A stretch of 64,000 nucleotides of DNA from Gemmatales bacterium (GTDB lineage Bacteria; Planctomycetota; Planctomycetia; Gemmatales; HRBIN36): NCBI GenBank assembly GCA_041640595.1, contig JBEPZY010000004.1, positions 32,001 through 96,000 of the forward strand. Direction: 5' to 3'. Below, piece by piece: positions 58,561-64,000 of this stretch. The translations under genes were made by a program, and so were the position numbers. The notes beneath the pieces were generated by a model. It searched no databases. It worked only from the letters and a program-made list of their open reading frames with translations, and had not been told where the DNA came from. Positions within the stretch are counted from its first letter, which is position 1, and every line of letters starts with the position of its first letter.

Positions 58561-60879
58561 CTACTTGGAGGTAGCGGGTTTGTCCACCGGCCAGCGTAAG
58601 TGCTGGCGAAGAAAAGCGAACGTGCCCTGGCCGTGAATCGTGTGTCCGCCCACAAACCATTCGATGCGGCAACGATCGCCAATCCCCAGACGGCCCTGAT
58701 ATAAGTGCCGCACTTTCGCAAACTCATAAGCGACCCGTTCATCGGGAGCTACTCCGTCAAAATGCCCACGCTCTACCATAAACGGCCGGGGACATATCAA
58801 CGCTGCCATCTCAGCATAATTAAAGGTGTTGCCCAGGTCGAATTCAAAAATTTCGTATTCGCCGGTCCAAACATAGCTATACGGGCTTTGCGTCGAAGCG
58901 TTTTTCCACACCCAATCATTGAAATCGGCCGAACAAATGGACAGCTTATAATCGGTCAGCAGGGCTGGGACGCGCATAGCTGTTTTACCCCCGTAACTAA
59001 GACCGTAAAAGCCGATCCGTTCACCGTCCACAAATGGAAGCGATTTCAACCAGTTGAGTATCTGCCGATGCTGAGCGGTAATCAACGAAAAGAGTGTCTT
59101 TTTCAGGGGATAGCACTTCCGCTGAAGCGAACGAAATGCATCGCCGAAAATATAGGGGTTCTGAGGTGCGAATACGACAAAACCTTCCTCGGCCAGGCGT
59201 GCTGCAAAGTCGTTATAAGCGGGGTGCTTGCCGCTAATGACATGCTGAGGCCGGCCCTCTAAACCGTGTTGACAAACTACTACCGGTCGCTTTTCGTTCG
59301 ACTTAATATTATCGGGCACTAATAAGATGCCATATGCGATAACTTCTGGCCAAACCTGCAGCACCACCTCATATCCGTGCCAATTTCGACCCTGATAAGC
59401 CAGCCGAGACCGCGGTCTTGCTGGAATCAACGGTTCGTCAAATTGTCCTATCACTTCCTCGGCGAAATAACGCCGATAGTATTCCTGCGACTTGACAAAA
59501 TTTTCCAGCGAACTGGTGTCCAGCTTGCCCATAAATGCTCGCCGTACGTCTTCGCATTTGACCAGCAACTCCTGCGTATGCCGGTCTAAGCCATCTAATA
59601 ATCTTTTCTGACGTTCTTCGGAATCGTGAGCCTGAATCTTCCAGGGTATGGCAGGACTCTGCTCTGGCACGCTCAGATTCCACACCTGAAGCAAAGCAGC
59701 CACGGCTTCCCGATGCTGAAAGGTTCCGGAAAAGTGCTGGGGAACCACTAACTTTGGTTGCCAGGCTGGCAGTAACGCTGCGACGATTCGCTCTGCCCTG
59801 CGCAATTCCTGGCGGGTTTCCTCAACGCCTGGGCCAACTAATCGCCCTGGTGCCCCTCCCTGGCTGGGAAATTCTACCTGTGGACCCGGGCGAGCCTCTA
59901 TTATCAAGGTCCTGGGAGCAATCAAGGTGGCTATTTCCGCGTCTCCAAATTGCTCCAGCAAGCCAAACACATTTCGCTCAATTGGCTCTCGCCAAAGTTG
60001 TTCGCGGGGAGCAAAATAACCGCTGACAACTGCCGCATGGATGCGCTTATCGAGCGCCGCACTATAAAGGGCCAGCATACCTCCTTCCCCGTAACCGAAA
60101 ATTCCTATAGGCCGTTTAGTTGCTTCAATAGCATCTATAAGAGAAAAAATCGCCTGGATTTCGTAACCAATGATATGACGGCCCAGTTCATAGGCAGGAC
60201 GATAGATATATTCTCGATGCGACATCTTAGCCCGTCCTCTGCGCGCCTCGACTGTCCGACTAACTATTGTTGGAACAAAAACGCGGCAGCCGACTCGTAA
60301 AGCATCCTGCCAGCAGGCCAGACTAGCCAATTCTTCTGGCGTCTGATCAGCATCGGGTATCGCGATTAACTCCGCTCGGATTGGCCCTTTGGGAATCAAA
60401 ACTAAACCTTCCGCGGTATAGGTGGGAAAAACTTTCCAGCGAATATAATATGCGAACCAGGGAGCGTTTTCCGGTGCCAGGTTCGTCAGGGCAGGTTTAT
60501 CGGATTGAGTTAGTTCTCCCACTAGTTCTATGCGAGCAGGCTGAACGCGAACATCGCGCACACCCAGAATCCAGGCCAGTCGCTGGCGGTTAACCTCTAC
60601 CGAGCGCTCGTACGCCTGGAGTGAACTGAAATCTCGATGCCAGTAACGCTCCCGCCTTTGCGCAGATTCTGTCAGCTTTCTGTCTAGAAATTTATGAAGT
60701 CCGTCGAGCATTACTTTGGCAAAATCAGCGGATTGTTCCAGCGGTTCGGTTCCGGGCAACACTGCCGGCGGTGATTTGTTCTCAGCCCCGTTGCCAATCG
60801 CCCCTTTCACCGCTATACCTGCAAAAATTGCTATTGCCGTCAAAATACCTGCCATCATCCACCGATCGCTACGGCCCAT
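58561..60879 (-). CDS. Secreted double-domain alpha/beta hydrolase (dienelactone hydrolase/acetyl-xylan esterase-like)
   Basis: Signal peptide; elbows GYGEGG (domain 1) and GLSYGG (domain 2); HGLEG; ERGHFD; GGHTI. Confidence 0.8.
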   Translation of the reverse strand: MGRSDRWMMAGILTAIAIFAGIAVKGAIGNGAENKSPPAVLPGTEPLEQSADFAKVMLDGLHKFLDRKLTESAQRRERYWHRDFSSLQAYERSVEVNRQRLAWILGVRDVRVQPARIELVGELTQSDKPALTNLAPENAPWFAYYIRWKVFPTYTAEGLVLIPKGPIRAELIAIPDADQTPEELASLACWQDALRVGCRVFVPTIVSRTVEARRGRAKMSHREYIYRPAYELGRHIIGYEIQAIFSLIDAIEATKRPIGIFGYGEGGMLALYSAALDKRIHAAVVSGYFAPREQLWREPIERNVFGLLEQFGDAEIATLIAPRTLIIEARPGPQVEFPSQGGAPGRLVGPGVEETRQELRRAERIVAALLPAWQPKLVVPQHFSGTFQHREAVAALLQVWNLSVPEQSPAIPWKIQAHDSEERQKRLLDGLDRHTQELLVKCEDVRRAFMGKLDTSSLENFVKSQEYYRRYFAEEVIGQFDEPLIPARPRSRLAYQGRNWHGYEVVLQVWPEVIAYGILLVPDNIKSNEKRPVVVCQHGLEGRPQHVISGKHPAYNDFAARLAEEGFVVFAPQNPYIFGDAFRSLQRKCYPLKKTLFSLITAQHRQILNWLKSLPFVDGERIGFYGLSYGGKTAMRVPALLTDYKLSICSADFNDWVWKNASTQSPYSYVWTGEYEIFEFDLGNTFNYAEMAALICPRPFMVERGHFDGVAPDERVAYEFAKVRHLYQGRLGIGDRCRIEWFVGGHTIHGQGTFAFLRQHLRWPVDKPATSK

Positions 60880-60994
60880 AGCATCGCCCTCCTTTGAAGG
60901 TGCGGGCAGCTTTTTACCCGGCGCCATTACGTTGCCTTGCTTGCAAGTCGGTTTGCGGATAATATATGAATAGCGGCTACTGGAGAGGTAAACT

Positions 60995-61519
60995 ATGCGC
61001 GTACACCTAATAGCTGGATTGTGTGCCTTTCTGAGCGCAGGCGTTCTGGCTGCCCAGGACCATTGGCAAACCTTTGAAGGGCCGGATAAGACCTTTCGTT
61101 TCCAGGGACCTGGCAAACCGAATCTGGAAAAGTACCCGCTGAAAATTGCCGGCAAGGAAATTGTCCTTTACAGCTACCTATTTGTGGATGTGCCCTATGC
61201 CTATATTCTCGGTTATGGCGATTATCCTGCCGACTATATTGCGAAGCGAAAGCCAGAGGAATTGCTGCGGCTCGACCGGGATCGGTTCGTGAAGACCACC
61301 GGTACCAAAATTTTGCAGGAAAAATCCTTACTGCACCAGGGCAGGCCCGGGCTGGAATTCGTCTCCGAAGCCGCGGATACGAAATCGCTCTACCAGGTGC
61401 GGATCGTGCTTGTTGATAATCGCGTCTATGTATTGGCTGTTAGTTTTCCTAACAATGCCGATCCTAAGCCAGCTATCAAATTTCTCGACTCCCTGCACCT
61501 GGTCGAAACCAAGAAGTAG
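60995..61519 (+). CDS. Secreted hypothetical protein (possible PsbP/DcrB-like fold)
   Basis: Signal peptide ending VLA; F…PG.P near the N-terminus, G.PG.EF, NRVYVL, KFLDSL. Confidence 0.6.
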   Translation: MRVHLIAGLCAFLSAGVLAAQDHWQTFEGPDKTFRFQGPGKPNLEKYPLKIAGKEIVLYSYLFVDVPYAYILGYGDYPADYIAKRKPEELLRLDRDRFVKTTGTKILQEKSLLHQGRPGLEFVSEAADTKSLYQVRIVLVDNRVYVLAVSFPNNADPKPAIKFLDSLHLVETKK

Positions 61520-61627
61520 AAACCACTAACCTGGACAATCGCCCTTTCGCACACTTCGCCAAGCTATTAGAAACACTAAGCGCAACACGTGCCCCAGCTG
61601 ACTGCTTTTGTAGGGGTTCGACCGTCA

Positions 61628-62722
61628 TCAGCCTCGGGAGAGAAAGTCGCGATAAAGGTTATGAAAGGTTTGCAGCAGTGTTTTCTCGCTCAAGTTATTA
61701 GCAGCATAAGACGCGGCGTTATGGCTAAGGTGATCACGTAAGTATGATGATTCCAGGCACTGGCGGCTTTGATAGGCTAATGCCACCGGGTCCTGGTTCG
61801 GAATGAGGATGCCATTCTCGCCCGGTCTAATAATTTCCCTTACCCAGGGCGAATCCAGAGCGATGACGGATTTTCCGGCGGCTAACGCGGACGTCAGATA
61901 AAACCAGCTGTCAGAAGCGTCCGAACAAATCCAAACGAGTTTTGCGAGAGCCAGCCACACACCAAGGTCGGTAGCGTTGCTCAGAAACTGAACGTAATCC
62001 TGAACATGCAAGTCACGGGTAAATTGTTGCCATCGTCGCTGTTCCGGTCCGTTGCCGAGAATGACTAAGTATATATCGAGGCCTGCGTGAATAAGGATGT
62101 CTATGGCCCAGATTATTATCTTGATTTGCGACGTCGCCGTGAATGTCCCGCATGCCACGATCAGTTGGCGGTCTGCAGCGAGACGCTGGACAGTTCCCGG
62201 CATTTCCAATCGTTTTTGGTCGAACAATTGCTGATGCGCCGCTAGTGGGACTGAATAAATCTTAGAATGCGGCAGGCCCAGTTGCAGCAACTTATCCGCG
62301 ACACAACGAAAAGGTGTGCATATTCCGACATCCCGCCGGTGTAAGTGGCCCACTATAGAATGGCCGAATAAGCTCGGGGACGGTTGCTGTAAATATAGAG
62401 CAAGCATCGGACTGCTAAGCGACGTTAGCATGCCCAGGCGCGTCCAGAGGTGGGAAGGCCAGTCACAACTCTGTACCAAACCGGGGTTTAATTTTTTTAC
62501 AAAACGCGGGGCAAAAAGCGGTGCGAAAAGACGGGAGCGTGATAACGTGAACGTCCTGATAGAGATACTGGATTCTTTTAAATAGGGGGAAGCCCGACCA
62601 CCAGTACGGGTGAGCAGGGTAACGTTGTAGCCTTTTTGCGTGAGACCGTCCGCCAGGTAGCCAAGATAATAGACAGCTCCGATGCGGTCGAGACTGTCGA
62701 GGGTGAAAAGCACATCCGACAC
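61628..62722 (-). CDS. GT-B fold glycosyltransferase (family 4-like), divergent
   Basis: LVILGNGPE, ALAAGKSVIA, EIIRPGENGILIP…ALA. Start placed at GTG 62722. Confidence 0.75.
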   Translation of the reverse strand: MSDVLFTLDSLDRIGAVYYLGYLADGLTQKGYNVTLLTRTGGRASPYLKESSISIRTFTLSRSRLFAPLFAPRFVKKLNPGLVQSCDWPSHLWTRLGMLTSLSSPMLALYLQQPSPSLFGHSIVGHLHRRDVGICTPFRCVADKLLQLGLPHSKIYSVPLAAHQQLFDQKRLEMPGTVQRLAADRQLIVACGTFTATSQIKIIIWAIDILIHAGLDIYLVILGNGPEQRRWQQFTRDLHVQDYVQFLSNATDLGVWLALAKLVWICSDASDSWFYLTSALAAGKSVIALDSPWVREIIRPGENGILIPNQDPVALAYQSRQCLESSYLRDHLSHNAASYAANNLSEKTLLQTFHNLYRDFLSRG

Positions 62723-62735
62723 GCTTGCGCTCCTG

Positions 62736-63764
62736 TCAGCTGCGTGGCGGAGCCATAGAGAGATCAACGTCGGTTTCCCGCAGAAATTCTGCGGCCTGTT
62801 CTGGCGGCACCGGATTAATATAGAAGCCGGTTCCCCATTCAAACCCAGCGACACGGGTCAAGCGAGGAATAATTTCCATGTGCCAGTGGTAGTGTGGCAA
62901 GGATTGCGTATCGAAGGGAGCAGTGTGGATGATATAGTTATAAGGGGGTTTATCCAGGGCCGTTTCCAGTTTCAATAAGACCGTTTTCAGCACCGTACCA
63001 AGTTCATCAATCTCCATCTTCTGGATATTTTCATAATGGCTGTTATGCAGCTTGGGAACAATCCAGGTCTCAAAGGGAAACCTGCTGGCGAAAGGACAGA
63101 GAGCCACGAAGTTTGGCGTGTCCAGAACGACGCGCTTTTCGGTGGCGAGTTCCTGGGCGATCATATCGCAGTAAATACAACGGCCACGGTAATTGAAAAA
63201 ATCCGCCGCACCTTGCATTTCTTCCAGCACGTTGATGGGAACAATAGGGGTAACAATAAGCTGAGAGTGAGTATGTTCCAGCGAGGCTCCGGCTAACGCA
63301 CCGACGTTTTTGAATACCATGCCGTAAACTAAGCGAGGATCTTTTTTCAAATCCACGAGGCGATCGCGATATGCCCACAAGACTTCGCGGATGTTTTCCT
63401 CCGTCAAACCAGTCATCGAGACCTCATGGAACGGGCACTCGATAATCACCTCATGGGCCCCTATCCCGTTCATCTTATCATAAATGCCTTCGCCACGTTT
63501 ATTGAGATTTCCTTCGACCTGCAAAGCGGGAAACTTGTTAGGAACAACGCGGACGCGCCAGCCTGGTTTATTAGGTTGGGACTGGCGATCGCGGTAAGCG
63601 AGAATTTCGTTAGGGGTTTTGTCTTCCTGACCTTCGCAGAACGGACATAGGCTACCGCTGGGTATAGTACGGGGTTCGAGTTTAGGCATAACAGTGCGTT
63701 TGGCGCGTTCGGTGGCGATAATAACCCACCGGCCAACAATGGGGTCCTTACGCAGTTCCGGCAT
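62736..63764 (-). CDS. galT: Galactose-1-phosphate uridylyltransferase family
   Basis: [33 protein letters not shown] (HxHxQ), HWHMEI, AGFEWG. Confidence 0.93.
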   Translation of the reverse strand: MPELRKDPIVGRWVIIATERAKRTVMPKLEPRTIPSGSLCPFCEGQEDKTPNEILAYRDRQSQPNKPGWRVRVVPNKFPALQVEGNLNKRGEGIYDKMNGIGAHEVIIECPFHEVSMTGLTEENIREVLWAYRDRLVDLKKDPRLVYGMVFKNVGALAGASLEHTHSQLIVTPIVPINVLEEMQGAADFFNYRGRCIYCDMIAQELATEKRVVLDTPNFVALCPFASRFPFETWIVPKLHNSHYENIQKMEIDELGTVLKTVLLKLETALDKPPYNYIIHTAPFDTQSLPHYHWHMEIIPRLTRVAGFEWGTGFYINPVPPEQAAEFLRETDVDLSMAPPRS

Positions 63765-63863
63765 GGGCAAGCTCCTGAGACTAAAGCGCGGTACCTGGAT
63801 TGCAGGTGTGGTCATAATCGAGGTCGCAGCTTACTTGATCCGGATATAAGGGATGGAGAAAGC

Positions 63864-64000
63864 TTAGACATCCCAGTTAATCCGTTCAAAGTCCGGACTC
63901 GGGCGCTGTAATTGTATAGTGGAATCGCGGGGGGCACGGTCCCGGCTCTGGTTACCTTGCATAAGTTCGACATAGAAAGCCAGGGGCTGATCGACGGCCA
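63864..64000 (-). CDS. 3' end of a gene truncated by the window edge (possibly glycoside hydrolase family 57)
   Basis: Open frame …AVDQPLAFYVELMQGNQSRDRAPRDSTIQLQRPSPDFERINWDV*. The family guess is from memory of similar C-termini and adjacency to galT. Confidence 0.45.
   Translation of the reverse strand, partial: AVDQPLAFYVELMQGNQSRDRAPRDSTIQLQRPSPDFERINWDV

Overview
A 64-kb chromosomal segment of a GC-rich bacterium, most likely a planctomycete (Gemmatales-like). That call rests on lineage-typical families: an 'LETLESRTTP' extracellular-protein leader, a BBP7-type beta-barrel ending GIEFRW, DUF1080, a YXWGXW protein and MJ0042-type zinc-ribbon membrane proteins. The window is mostly housekeeping: hom, rimI, trmD, ald, pgsA, rimO, ileS, rplS, tyrS, uppP, cls, purB, a UbiD-family gene, menG, hemE and galT. 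It also holds a flagellar operon (flgFGAHI, flgJ-like, flgN-like, flgKL), a separate motAB pair and three tRNAs (Leu-GAG, Gln-TTG, Glu-CTC). I see no transposase, integrase, cas gene or prophage. The most unusual signals are: (1) two tandem Uma2 nuclease genes with almost identical 108-bp and 79-bp coding ends around an equal-length, strongly diverged core; (2) a motAB pair whose MotB keeps the YADF channel helix but has an unrelated helical domain instead of the OmpA-like peptidoglycan-binding domain; (3) several distinct intergenic repeat families, including REP/BIME-like mosaics with compensatory stem changes, GTAG-type REPs, short direct-repeat pairs and heptamer runs; (4) an IleRS with GVHH/EMHKS signature motifs; (5) a membrane-anchored TsdA/SoxA-like diheme cytochrome. 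All calls come from reading motifs by eye; no database search was run.
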